Assembly (NCBI GenBank): GCA_002256025.1
Contig: NKIB01012547.1
Coordinates: forward strand, 1-64,000
Reading direction: 5' to 3'
DNA: 64,000 nucleotides
Origin: Asterionella formosa
Taxonomy: Eukaryota
In this document: positions 1 to 12,032 of the stretch, piece by piece
Layout of the letters: every line of letters begins with the position of its first letter
Position numbering within the stretch: the stretch's first letter is position 1
Notes under the pieces: model-generated
Seen by the model: only the letters and a program-made list of their open reading frames with translations
Databases searched by the model: none
Told to the model about the DNA's origin: nothing
Made by a program: the position numbers and the translations under genes

Positions 1-3000
1 AGCATTATCATGAAAAAGTTGTCCCGTTCGATTTGATATCTTGAGACCATCTGGCATATTTTCCTGCACAGCAAGGGTTTGTACTTGATTCATGACTGCT
101 GGGGTAAGTGGTAGAGGAGTAATTGTTTGTCTAGTGATCAATGAATTTGTATAACAATTCCTGACCTCCTTGCACGTTGTCATTGTAGCGTAGATAAATA
201 CAATCTAGGCTGCGTGGTGCATTAGTGTTTGAAAACACAGGTTCTTCATGTCCTTGGACATAAGTGCCAAATGTATACTGGCAATGTTGAGCATAGTCCA
301 GGTTTCGTTGATGTAAAATCATACGAGGACTGTAATACGGGGATATCCCGTTCTTTGCCAGAAAGAAATTCAGTTTCCTTGCAGATTCTGTCACTAGAAT
401 CTTAATCATCAGTTGTGGCAAATGTTTGAAAGGTAATCGATGATAAGCTGTGCGCACGCGTTCTTTAATCACTCGATTATTTCGCTCCGCTTCAGGAGCA
501 TGTTCTTGTGGGTTTGCATAGTTCATAGTGACTTGAAATTCATTGGAAATTTGTTCCATCAAAGGTCGAAACTCGTTGTCACAGTGGATTGTTGTAATTT
601 TTAATCCCCCGGTATTATAAACACGGAATACCTGAATCAAAGCATCTCGATAGACTTCAGCTGTCTAATTCTTGACCCATTGGGCTGTCCTATACATAAT
701 GTTTCAAGAAATTGTTGTGAGAAATGAGTGTCCATTCACTTTCATTGCTTCCATCCATGCAAAGAGTCACTTCGCGTTGAGTTTGGATAAGCTCCTTAGG
801 AATCTCGATGTAGTCGTTCACGACTGGCAGTGGCTTGCGCCGAGTTGTCTTGTCTTTCAGTGTTCCGATGTCAGGTCCAAAAATTTTCTCTGCATCGGTA
901 GTCACTGGATTATTGTTGATCGTATTCATATGAATTATTGCCTTGAAATCATTAATTGATAACGTACCCAAGGCATGAAATAGATCACGAGCTCGCTTGG
1001 CTCTTTCAAATTGACGCTCAGTGTAAATTTTTTTGTTTTCTTCAACTGAATTAAACATTTGAGAATTCTCCGCTTAAATTGCTGTAGGAGGCTTGAAAAC
1101 ATAGAAGTTCATCCCATTTTTTTGAATCGAACTGCTTGTCAGGCAAATGAACAATGAATTCATCTTCTTTCTCAGAGTTGTAGGTAATTCTGTACCTATC
1201 TGCCATTTCGGCATAACTGAAGATGTTTGTGATTACCTTCTCATCAAACCATACTTCTCCCCATTGTGGAAGATCAGCCTTCATATTAGTGACCATGGAT
1301 CCGCCAATTGTGGCCAGGTGCATGCTTCCATTGGCTGGTTGGCATTTGAATGTTTTCAACCATTTTTGGATTGCAAAAGACTGTGACACTTGATTGATTA
1401 TCCAATAGTATCCAGTCACGCATCTCAGATGCTTGGTAAAATTGTAGTTTCATGTGAGCTCCCGCCCATCCAAATTGATTGACATTTGCTTGTTGTGAAG
1501 CTTGTGATGATGGCGGATTGTGTCCAATGTATTAGCCTGTGCCTGTGCATGGCTTTGGGCCTTGTTGATAGCCCATTCCTCTTTGGGTTTTTTCTATTCT
1601 CGGCACAAAGGAGATTTGTGACCTGCTCTTCCACAGCAGTAACATTTTCCTTCTAACTGTGCAAACAATAAGTTCACATCTTCATCTTCCTTCCCTGCAT
1701 CCTTTTGTTCTCTCTCTTTATTATGATCTTCTGGTTTCTTGTGACTGTTGGATTTATTTGTTACGTCAAACCGATGGTTGCTGAGAACGTTATTTGATTT
1801 AGTGATGGTCTTTGGGTATTGATCGTTGCGGAGTGATTGTTGAGTGTTGAGCCCGTCCTGGTCATAATAGATCCATATTTGCTTTTATCCGCATTATCGA
1901 GGTATAAATAGGCCATAAATTGACTGAAAGCTTGTTCGCGAAATTTATCTTGTAGCTTGTTGTCGGTCTCGTTGTATCCGTCCATGGCTTCAACAAAAAG
2001 GTGAGGATAATTGGTCCTCCCATGTGTGACTTGAGCACATCTTGTGCCACACAAATTCTTTTGGTGCAGTCTTGTAGACTTTCTCCTTCTTTTTGCTTTG
2101 TAAATAAAAGCATTCTCATCGCATCTAAAATGATCGACATTGAATATTGATTCTCTTGAAAATTTAATGCGTGTTCTTTAATTGCCATAAGCAATGTTAT
2201 TGGGTTATTTTCGATCCTATTGAAATCGGATCTCGCTTCGATCTTGTTCTTCATGGCTTTGTTGCATCTCTCCCAGAGCAACGCACATGCCTTGGTATTA
2301 TTATTTTCGTAGGCCTGTACCCTTTTACTGTAGGTGTCATAGTCAGCCTTGAACTCAATCTCATATTGTCGATTCTCTGCAGCGCAATCTTCTTCTGTTG
2401 TTGCAATGCTCACATGCATTCTTGGCTTCCATGCCGATGTGTTGATTGGTTCTAACAACTTGAGCGCAGTTCCTATGTCATTGCCATAGTCGAACACTTT
2501 CTTGATGTGATTGATGAGGTACTCAGTAGTAGTCTCATAATCAGATGCCTGCTTCACTGATCCGACGAGGTAGTAGTTATAGTCATTGACTGACTTCTTG
2601 ATTGTGTGAGAAGCAATGCTCCCTCCCTTGGCTTGAAACTTGCCCTTGGCCTGAGCCTTCTTGGTAAACTTTCCTTTGGCACTCATGATGCGCCTCGTGC
2701 GACTTCTTCAGACTCTGGATGGTCTGGTAACCTCAGATCTTGTCTCTGGACTCTCAACGGTCCTCCTGTTGTTGATTGTGATGTACAGCTCTCTCTGGCC
2801 AGCTAATTCTACTAAAACTGTTGAAATTGCATCCCGAAGCACTGTATGCTTTCTTGTATCCTGTAAGGACACGTCAGGGACCAAATAGGCTGTAGATATG
2901 AACAACGATGTTGCAGTAATTGATTGTAATTGTTCCTAAGAGTTTTAGTAGAATTATGGGTTTTACCGTTGATGTTGATTGTTTTCGAATTCTGAGTTTT

Positions 3001-3089
3001 CTCTGATTCCATACCTTTTTGATTCCTTCGATTCAATATGTTGTAGGTAATTTATACCGATTTTCTTTCCTAAAATAATTTCTCCAACA
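1..3089 (-). mobile_element. Ty1/copia LTR retrotransposon (diatom CoDi-like), 5' part, frameshifted; RT/RNaseH and 3' LTR would lie left of the window
   Basis: Minus-strand order is gag (2686-1862), zinc knuckle CYCCGRAGHKSPLC (~1645-1603), protease WILLDNQS (~1415-1390), pre-integrase region (1058-690), then integrase core (HCDNEF...EHAPEAERNNRVIKER, 640-131). Integrase directly after protease is the copia order. The reading frame is broken several times. Confidence 0.92.
2909..3089 (-). repeat. Putative 5' LTR (181 bp) of the copia element
   Basis: On the minus strand it starts TGTTGGAG and ends CTGCAACA (TG...CA, 7/8 terminal inverted repeat), upstream of the gag leader. The second LTR is not in the window to confirm. 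Confidence 0.65.
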
Positions 3090-3148
3090 CCTTTATCGTT
3101 GCCGCCGTTGTTTTGCCCATTCACATGCCATAGCCACAGACTGGATCC

Positions 3149-3838
3149 ATGACAGTTGTCGAAGTGCAAAAAAGACGAGCGTCTCCGACCGAGGTACGAC
3201 CTTACAGAAGCATGCAAGGATTGCTCGTTCATTACACATAGATCTATATATTGACTCACAATTACACCCCAAAATTCGGTGACTCCCTCCCGCGCCATTT
3301 GTTATTCGTTGACAGAACTGCGGCTTTGTGATTCATTTTCTTTCCTTCCCCATTGCAATACTTACTATTTTATGGGTCAGCATCCCAGACGACACATTGC
3401 ATGCATGGTAAGCTCATTATTGGAGGAGAAGACAACTTTCTCGGATTTGAACGAATCAATGTAGGTCTGTTTCGCTCACCCAAGATTTTATAGGGACATA
3501 TCCTATTATCCTCACAAGTCGTGGGCTATCTTCTTACCTATATTTGCAATGGGGGCCTTTTTCGCTACTCCGCTGTTGTATGCTGCTATTAATATCATGA
3601 TTTCTCCCAAAATTGAGTCGGTCATGTGGGATGACTTTTCAAGAATACCAAACGCTCATGTTGTCGTTGTTGCTGCCCCAAATTCTGCAGAGTAAGTCCA
3701 TGTTATCAAAAGTAACGCTGCGACAATTTTTATGGTTTGATAAAATCATCTCATCCAGGAAGCTTTAGGGCGACCTTGCCAGAGATTTGTGATATTGACA
3801 TTGCAGTCATTCATCGGGTTCACCGAGTGGTATCTTGA
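3149..3838 (+). CDS. PIGP: GPI-GlcNAc transferase subunit P (PIG-P); exons 3149-3193, 3316-3407, 3494-3691, 3769-3838
   Basis: Manual splicing at GT..AG sites gives MTVVEVQKRRASPTE-NCGFVIHFLSFPIAILTILWVSIPDDTLHAWDISYYPHKSWAIFLPIF...LPEICDIDIAVI. This matches the PIG-P signature (GF-TM-P-D-x-L-x-x-x-x-I-x-YYP-x-K-x-WA, plus C-terminal P-x-I-x-D). Confidence 0.85.
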
Positions 3839-4384
3839 TCGTGATACTAGTCGAAACAGAAGAAGAGATAGGACCGCCTGATAATCTGGAATACCACGAA
3901 TTTGCAAAGTATCCATTTTTGGCAGGATTCAGTACGACCAATGGGTGCTGCATTGAAGGAAATTTGAAAAATGGTTTGATTTTCATTCCAAGTGCGGGGA
4001 CCCACAGCCATACTTCAGAGACAGGGACGACGTCGTTTGGCGATCGCGACAGAGCTGTGGTAGAAAATGGTAATGATTTATGTATTGGTCGAAAATACGA
4101 ACATAACTAAGATCAAGCTCATCCCGACTCGGGATAGCACAAACAATGATCACAAGCTAGCAGTTAATACAAAGGGCCTCTGGTGTCTATCAAGTGATGA
4201 GTAGTTCGTTATGTATGACATTTTTCGCGCCTTGTCGCTACTATCAAGGTCTTTTGAGAAATAGGAACACAAATGCGCAAAAATATGAACCTATTACACA
4301 GGTTAGAATCGACTATTTGTTCCGGGGACATTGAATTCTGGTCAACAACGACTTCCATTTGCAGGTTATTAGCGCCTACGCTAG

Positions 4385-5212
4385 CTACTTGCTGCCGTAA
4401 TCGGTATCATCCAAAATAGACTTTCGACAATAGGCACAGCAGTCATTCAACCCTAGCCACTGATCGACGCACTCGGAGTGGAAGCAATGACCACAAGGTA
4501 ACGTCCTGATCGTTTCTTGACTTTCGTAATCGCATTGACATACCTGGCACTTACGTCTTGTGTCATTCTCCCCCAATCCATTGGCCATTTCTGACTTAAA
4601 TTTATAAGTTGGCAAATCTGAAATGTGGTGCTTCGCTACCATCTTCCATCTATCCGTCTTTACGTCTCCAATGGATTCACCTAAACGCAACATCATTTCA
4701 TAATTATCCGTGTCAGGTGCATCGTCTGTCGCCTCCTCTTCTTCTTCCGCCAAAAGGGCTTGAAGGGCTAGCATATCTTCCTGAGAGTACTGACCAGCAT
4801 TGTATCGCAAGTAGTCAGCAGATAACGCATAAGATTCCATGGCCTCTTGGGCCATGAGCATACGGGCCAAAGCGATCGAATCTTCGTCTTCTTGACGGAG
4901 CCTGGCCTCGTCGGAAAGTTGACGATAGTCCTCATTAAGTGCACGGAATTCTACTGCTGCTGCATCTCGCTGTGGTGTTGTGCTGCCAAGTGGAGTCGCA
5001 AGGTCCATTTCGTCAGTGCTCGGGGATCCAAGTTCTTCTTTGGTCACAACGAGAATTCTGCGTGCGATTGGTGAGTGGGATGCAAGCCCGTGGGATAGAC
5101 AGCTTCGGCTGCGCTCAGGGTCGTTGATTTTGTCAAGAACGGGAGTGCTGATTCTTAGCGATTCTTCGAAAGTTCGAATCGGGGTGTTGTTACTGTCGGC
5201 ACTGGTTGACAT
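4385..5212 (-). CDS. RING-H2 E3 ubiquitin ligase (BIG BROTHER/RNF-like)
   Basis: C-terminal CQVC...LPCGHCFHSECVDQWL...CAYC, preceded by YEMMLRLGESIG; UIM-like DSIALARML. First ATG at 5212. Confidence 0.88.
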   Translation of the reverse strand: MSTSADSNNTPIRTFEESLRISTPVLDKINDPERSRSCLSHGLASHSPIARRILVVTKEELGSPSTDEMDLATPLGSTTPQRDAAAVEFRALNEDYRQLSDEARLRQEDEDSIALARMLMAQEAMESYALSADYLRYNAGQYSQEDMLALQALLAEEEEEATDDAPDTDNYEMMLRLGESIGDVKTDRWKMVAKHHISDLPTYKFKSEMANGLGENDTRRKCQVCQCDYESQETIRTLPCGHCFHSECVDQWLGLNDCCAYCRKSILDDTDYGSK

Positions 5213-5696
5213 CTTCCGTTCGACTGCGTAAATGCTGCTTGAGGGAGGATCCAATTAAATTCAACAACGTTGAAATATTGTTTGCCGAAGTTGAAATGAG
5301 CGACCCAACTAACTACACACCCTTATAATTATGCTAAAATATAACTAATTATTACACAAAAGGACAACAATTGAAGTTTGGAATATGAACGGTTCTCAAT
5401 CTTACCAGGGTAGGGTCTACCTGGTACCATCATCCTTGTTACGGACAAGCAAAAGCGAGCAGCGGGAAAGTAACGGCTATCTCGTACCCACTACCATGGC
5501 AGGAACCACCGCCAGCGCGCCCAACGAACAGACAATGATCCATCACAAATTCTTCGTAATACATAGTATCAGAAGGGATGTACCGGTAGAGACGGACGTA
5601 CATAAAGTTACATGCTAGGTACCTGGTACCGAGTATATTTGCATATTGTTAGACAGGATGCATACTACCAGGTACTGGTACCTGGTGGGAGTACCA

Positions 5697-5744
5697 CCAT
5701 AACCGTAACCATAACTCTAATCGTAACCCAAACCCTAACCCTAA
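5697..5744 (+). repeat. Degenerate interstitial telomere-like array, 8 hexamers of CCCTAA type
   Basis: ccataa ccgtaa ccataa ctctaa tcgtaa cccaaa ccctaa ccctaa. Confidence 0.7.
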
Positions 5745-5909
5745 CAAGTCATGAAGAGGGCATGTTGTAGTAAGTAATGAAGAATCAAGTCATGTTAGGG
5801 CACGCGTTTGTGTGAATTTCATAAAACAGAAGAAGAAAAAGAATTTTCACTACCTGACTGCAAAGACTCATTCGTTGCAGAGAAGCACAAGCAAATATCG
5901 CAACAAAGC

Positions 5910-6088
5910 AAATATGAATTCTAATCCTAATGTGACTGATCACCCATTACTTGATGATGATTCCCTGACAAATGCGGTACTAGGAGAAGCAGAAATAGGG
6001 GGTAACAACCTGGCAAATATGACTGCTAATGTGACTAATGAACCACTGCCTGATCATGATTCTCTGGCAAATGCGGTAGGAGAAGCAG
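5910..6088 (+). repeat. Imperfect direct duplication (~75-80 bp units at ~5910 and ~6015)
   Basis: caaatatga..ctaatgtgact...tgat..tgattc.ctg.caaatgcggta...ggagaagcag occurs twice; translates as NVTDHPLLDDDSLTNAVLGEA and NVTNEPLPDHDSLANAVGEA. Confidence 0.75.
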
Positions 6089-7845
6089 GTACCAGGAGGT
6101 ACCCGAGACGGAACCAGGGGCACCAGGGTATCTTAGCTAGATTCCCTTGCACCAAGCAAAGTCTTTGCATTCTACTACCTGGTACCTGGAGTAACGATCT
6201 GCATAGTAACAGGTACAACACATTTCTATTCCCTCTGTTCAACTAAAGTTGCAACCAAAGTTTACGGCTTGGCTGATGATCATCAAGCGCAAGCTCTGAT
6301 AATGGAATCTAGCTATGGTCTGATGTGAAGAGGGCGACACATGCCAGGACAATCGATTGCTGGGTTGAAATTGACTAAATGATAGCTTTCTGTTAGAAGA
6401 TAAAATAATAGGATAAGAATGATTAGCTACTAATTACATGGTGTGTTGTGCATTATACTACTACTACTAAGTAGCTACTATGCTTGACATAATCATACTT
6501 ATAGTATGCATTTATCATAGATAAAACAGAATAATTATCATGTGCCAAAGAATTCTGTGCCAATTGCGGTATGATAATAGTACCCTTTATCTTACATTTA
6601 TGATTTTTTTATTTGTAGACATAAGATGATCACCCTTTGCAAACGATCAGTGGGAACTCACCTAAACTAACAACCTACTAGTATAAGTTCTTGTTGCCAG
6701 GCAGTCATAGTATGTAACTACAAGGTCTTTGGAAGCGCCTTAGATATGATTTTCAAATTTTATCCTACTAAACTTCTTAGCAGCTAATTTCTGTATCTTT
6801 GATCTTCATGTAATCTTAAGAAGCAAGTCAGCAGGCTCCTTTGGAGTATTGTTCAACAAGTGCAATAGTTTGAGCAACCCAATGTTTTGTTGACAAACCA
6901 GTAAGCATCTTATTGACCAGCCAGTACTCATCAATCACTTGTAGACTGAATCAGCAGGGTATCTGATAGCATTGTAAAGTTTCCGGTCGCTAGTAGTAGC
7001 TAGTCCAAGCATACTGGCACTAACCTTGTATGATCGAATCCAACAGCCAGATCCTCACCAGCATGCAGAGCAGCCGTTGCACACCATCCAAACAACTTGT
7101 TTTGATATGCCTAACTAGTACTAGGGGCAAGCGCTTTTTAGCAAATAGACATGGCGAACTGCCCAAAGAGGCACAAGCGCCTGTTAGAACTGCTGGCAAG
7201 CAACATGATGAGAATGAAGTTTACGGAAGTAACACTAGCTAATTCACGAGTTCAAAGCATGATCATTATTGGTTAGGACATAAATCGGTATAACATTGCT
7301 TGAATAATTATGGTTGTATCTAGCATATTTAGCCCAAAACGTGAATTTACTCGATTTAACGTTGACTCTAAGTTTTAGGTTGTACCTTTTCATTCGTACG
7401 ACCTGGTATGTAGGAGTAGATATTAGATGTTTCCTCGTACCAGTACCTACTAAGAAACTAATGGCAGTACAGAAAACTTGTTACAGGTACTACATGGCGC
7501 CTGCATACCACACGTTACGCACACTAGTAGCTGAAGTTCGGCGGAATCGGAATCAAGTCAAGATATTTCGAATGCATGGCTGGGCGGTCCCAAGAAAACG
7601 AGCGACACCGGACACGAGTGATGATAACGAAACGAAACTGTCAGAGAAATTACAGTTATTTTCTAGAGTCACTTTAGTATGAATTGAGCGATGCAGCTGA
7701 CTCTTTCGTCACCCTTTCATGGTTATCATCCGGAATCAAGGGTTCCCAAAATGCTGCTGCAGTTCTCGTTAGTAACAGATCAGTGTCTATTACCTACAGT
7801 TGTTTGCACCCCCTCCCAATCCACTAGACGACCTCCAAAAGCACA

Positions 7846-8512
7846 ATGTCGTCTGCTAACGGAAGATTAGTTAAAGAACTTCAAGAGGTCGGAAGGGATG
7901 ATAAATCGGGCGTCATGGCGGTTCCGGTTGCGCCAGGAAATCTCAAGCATTTGAAAGGAACAATAAAGGGACCGGAGGGGACTCCTTATGAAGGCGGAGT
8001 CTTTGCAGTCAATATTGAAATCCCAAAACAATACCCGTTTGAACCTCTCAAGATGAAGTTTGATACCAAGATTTGGCATCCAAATGTCTCTAGCCAAACT
8101 GGCGCTATTTGCTTGGTAAGTATGATTGATACCTTTGTTCAATTACTTCATCCTAAAAATTTACTCAACGACTCAACTGTTCATATTATTGTGAAAGGAC
8201 ATTCTCAAGGACCAATGGAGTCCCGCATTAACGATTAAAACAGCTCTATTGTCATTACAAGCTCTCCTTTGCTCTCCCGAACCAAATGACCCACAAGACG
8301 CGGAAGTGGCCAAGATGTACATCAACAAGCGAGACGAATTCGACCGAACTGCCAAGTTTTGGACCGAAACATATGCAAAGGAAACGTCTAAAGAAGACAA
8401 GATTACCGCCGTGTGTGCCATGGGATTCGATCGTCATCAAGCGAAAAAGGCGCTGGAAAGGCATGCATGGGATGAAAGTGCGGCTGTCAATGCGCTGTTG
8501 GGTGGAATATGA
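7846..8512 (+). CDS. UBE2K: Ubiquitin-conjugating enzyme E2 with C-terminal UBA (UBE2K/Ubc1 type); intron 8116-8197
   Basis: GPEGTPYEGG, WHPNVSSQTGAICL|DILKDQWSP, PEPNDPQDAEVA and UBA motif MGF. Confidence 0.93.
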
Positions 8513-8718
8513 CGGGTCGGAGGAAAGTATTCGCGAAAAAATTTGATTAGTAAGAATATTTTAGTCGGAAAAGAGAAATGTGTTGATGATAGTAGTCAAT
8601 GGACGTTTCAATTTGCTTGGTTGTACATGGTCCACACATTTGTGAAAAAGCATTTGCAACATCATCATATAATTGTCCATATATTAGGAATACAAAAGCA
8701 ATAAAATGTTCCACTTGC

Positions 8719-9718
8719 TCAATTGATTAGAATAAAACTGTCTTCAATTTCAATTTCATGCAGAGACTTTCCAATGAGAACAAAATCGTCTTGTGCTTGC
8801 CACGTTACTGCTCGATTTTCGCGCCGAGCCACCAAAAAGGATTGGACACGACTTTGCATGTTGGCAATGTCGGCTTCAACGTCCTTCCCTTCCAAAGATT
8901 CAAACTAAATCATTCAGAGAAATAGGCTGTATTAGATACATCTAACGCGGTTTCCGCCAAATACCGGTTCAATAGAATGATGTCGTTCTCACCTGCCACT
9001 GATTTCGTTCCATTCGCTTCTGATCAGGATATCGCTGTCGACAGAATGGACAATCCTGATGGACGTCAACCCACTTTTGAGCACACAAACGGCATAATCC
9101 ATGCATGCACGGCAGCACAATGTCTTCTTCATTGTCCATGCAGATGCGACATGTATGCTGTTGTATTTGGCAACGGAGTAGTCCATCAAGTTCAATGTTG
9201 GTCGCAATGAGAGTGTCTGGTATGTCGGCGTTTTCTTCCCCGAGCAACTTGACCAATTCCGTCAATCGTCGTAAGAATGCCAAGTATCGTGCAAAATCGG
9301 GTACCGAAAGTTCCAAACTTGGCTGAATGCTTTCCAATTCTGCATTGTCCAGCGGAAAAACAGCCACAAAAACATTCTGATCAAGAAAGGTGCCCAAGTC
9401 CAAAGCAAATTCGTATGGAAAGTCAGTGACGTCGCTCTGTGAGACGACCAGTTTCCCCCGCGACGCCATCTTCAGAGTGTCCTTGCGAAGATACGGAACA
9501 AAGCGTGCCAATTGACCATGCAAGGTCACGTCAATCCCGGTTTTGCAGAGAAACTGTTGGAGAACGAGAACGTCAACAGTCATGTCAAGCAGTTCATCCA
9601 ACGAAGTAGGTACTTGGATTGACGAGGCCAGCTTGCCGGCAACGGACAACATTACCACATCAACAATCTCCAGCCGATCTCCACGATGGAACGCATCAAT
9701 GAACATTTTCATTCCCAT
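8719..9718 (-). CDS. C3HC4 RING finger protein (RNF141-like); intron ~8906-8991; 5' end uncertain
   Basis: CRICMD...LPCMHGLCRLC..KW....DCPFC. A donor after ..NQWQ and a downstream exon FESLEGKD...FILIN* end at 8719. Confidence 0.75.
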
Positions 9719-10970
9719 TTTCAGTTACAGCCCGAACTTTCAGCCAGGCAACGAAATATATTTATAATACAGCTGCGATTTGAAGAGGTTGTTGTGCCTC
9801 GTCCTTTTGGTGTAAGTGAGACCTTACTTCTTATGTTGCCAGCAACTAGTACTCATGAGAGTCACGTTTTCTGCAATTCACATAACATTTAACTTGACAT
9901 CAACTCGTCAACTTTGTCGCTCGTTGATGATCCTATCAAACAACAGCACTCCCACGGCCTTTTTCCCTGTTCTTGTAGTCTGAAGACAATTTTGAGATTT
10001 CCGTGTATCGTCAACACGATTCGACTCATTCGACCATATGCGCATCCTAAAGAAATTCTTCGATTTGCTTTATCATCAATATTGAACTCATTTGCAGATG
10101 ATTCTGAAATCATCATTGGTATGATACGTAGAGATTCTATGTCAGTAGACATGTGATTACCGGTATTATCCAAACATTACATATACATGCCAGTATGCAA
10201 AACTATAAATGTGGCGAAACCTACTTTACACTTTGTTCAAAAGAAATAAAAAAAGGTTTTTCCAATATTTGTTTTGATTTCTGCGGCTTCTGCTTGGTTT
10301 GTTTTTCTGCTCAATTAAGGCGAACTTCACATAAACCTACCATTGTAACCTGCTATCCTGGTAGGTTTCGTGCCCTTTACCAGGTCCCGGGTCCTTATCA
10401 GTGAGGTATTACAGCTATTATGTGAATGATATGTTCCATCACGCAAGAGTTGGCTGTTTGGTGCATGCAGGAAGGGGCACAACCTTGTTGGCAGACCACA
10501 GTTAGCTATTATATGTGTATCCAAGACGCATATAGTAGTGTTGCTCGGCCGTCTGCCGGTACCTAGTAACAGGTAGTTTGCTGCTTGTAATAATGACTGC
10601 CTCCAGGAGCACGGAAATTCTCCGCGACTTGCTTCTTCCCTTTCAACGCCTGTCCGTCACTCACCTACATGGCGTCACAGCCAATAAATCTTCGTTCGGT
10701 ACCTGGTAATACGGTACTTTATTTTTACGGAGTGCAATAATAATTTCTCTAAAATAATACTCCTACCTGGCTAAATACATCCAATTGTACCGGCAAGTAC
10801 ATGATACCAGGTACCAGGTACCAGGAACCATCGTACGCCTGATAGTTGCACCTGGTTAACAACCAGCAGTTTCCGCTCGTAGCTAGATATCCCTAATAAC
10901 GGGACACGTTTTACACATTTGTTATTTACAATCCCGTACATGGATCGCAGATCATTTTGCAACAACGACC

Positions 10971-11897
10971 ATGGTCATGCAAACTCGACGAACGCCTAAA
11001 CGGCCCAATAAGCCCGAAGAAGAAAACCCTGAACCTTTGATGGAAGTACAGCAAGCGGAAAGTGAGGAACAAGTTAATACTGGCAGCTTGACGAAGGACT
11101 CAAAAGCAAAGACACGTGCTGAGGCGCGAAGAAAGACACGGGAAGACTTGAGATTGAAAAACTTGGGTCTTGGCCTTAAGATTGATGTAACCGAAGCTCA
11201 AACAAACAGAAAAATTAAATTTACTGATGACGTGTTGGATCAAGAGCCAGAGGACGACAAGGGGATGGATGAAAGCGGGGACGACGACGAGGACTCCGAT
11301 GACGATATTGAAGAAGTCAAGGGGAGCTCAGCACGAGAAAAGGCGCTGGAGCAGCGTGCCGTTGAACGCGAAAACGCCCAAGTCAAAATGCTAGAAAAGA
11401 AGCCGCAAAAGAAACGTGTCAAACAAGTTGAAGCAAGACGAACAGAAATCGATGATAGCGATGATGACTTCGACGAAGCTTTCTTTCAGGAGCTTGATAG
11501 CGAATTGGCAATTAAGCGTCAAGAGAAGAAAATTGCATTGAAAATAGAACCTAAAGGAAAGCACATTGCATTTGTGTCAGAAGATGGCGAAGTCAAGAAG
11601 CCTATTCAAGCTGATCACAATATTGAACTAGTGGTCCTTGAAAGGGATAATATCTCTGTTTCCAGAGCGGCTCATGCCGCACTGGGAACCGCTCCGTCAG
11701 AAGCTGCCATTATTTTTTCTCGTGGTAAACTTATGCATGGCAAGGATACGAAGCAGAGCATAAGCAAGAAGAGGCAAAAGAACAAAACAATTGTTACTAG
11801 TTGGAAACGTTCGACAAAGATGAATCGTATCATGTTTGCCAACAAAGGCAAGGTTGGTCGAGGTAGGCCAGCTGCACATTTTGCAGTTCATTCATAA
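10971..11897 (+). CDS. Highly charged hypothetical protein, possibly nucleolar (U3-associated-like)
   Basis: Uninterrupted 308-aa ORF with acidic and basic tracts and a DSDDDIEEV motif. The family assignment is weak. Confidence 0.6.
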   Translation: MVMQTRRTPKRPNKPEEENPEPLMEVQQAESEEQVNTGSLTKDSKAKTRAEARRKTREDLRLKNLGLGLKIDVTEAQTNRKIKFTDDVLDQEPEDDKGMDESGDDDEDSDDDIEEVKGSSAREKALEQRAVERENAQVKMLEKKPQKKRVKQVEARRTEIDDSDDDFDEAFFQELDSELAIKRQEKKIALKIEPKGKHIAFVSEDGEVKKPIQADHNIELVVLERDNISVSRAAHAALGTAPSEAAIIFSRGKLMHGKDTKQSISKKRQKNKTIVTSWKRSTKMNRIMFANKGKVGRGRPAAHFAVHS

Positions 11898-12032
11898 GGA
11901 ATAATTCAGCCTATTTTTTAGCTATAATTTAGCACACTTATAATTTTGCCAGCACTTTGCCCTTTCAAAAGTTCATCAAATACAATTGTTCTCCGATTTA
12001 TCACATCTAGTTGACCAGCTTGCTACATCCAT

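Noticed and set aside
3300..3320. TTGACA at 3309-3314 as LTR end, implying PIG-P is disrupted by the retrotransposon
   Set aside because: TTGACAG is the intron 1 acceptor; an in-phase exon 1 exists at 3149-3193, and a better LTR boundary lies at 3089.
9889..10173. Upstream exon(s) of the RING gene at 8719-9718
   Set aside because: I could not build a phase-consistent splice path by eye; left uncalled.
10805..10825. CRISPR array or restriction-site array for the GGTACC/CCWGG repeats
   Set aside because: Units are 6-7 bp with no spacers, the context is eukaryotic and there are no cas or R-M genes.
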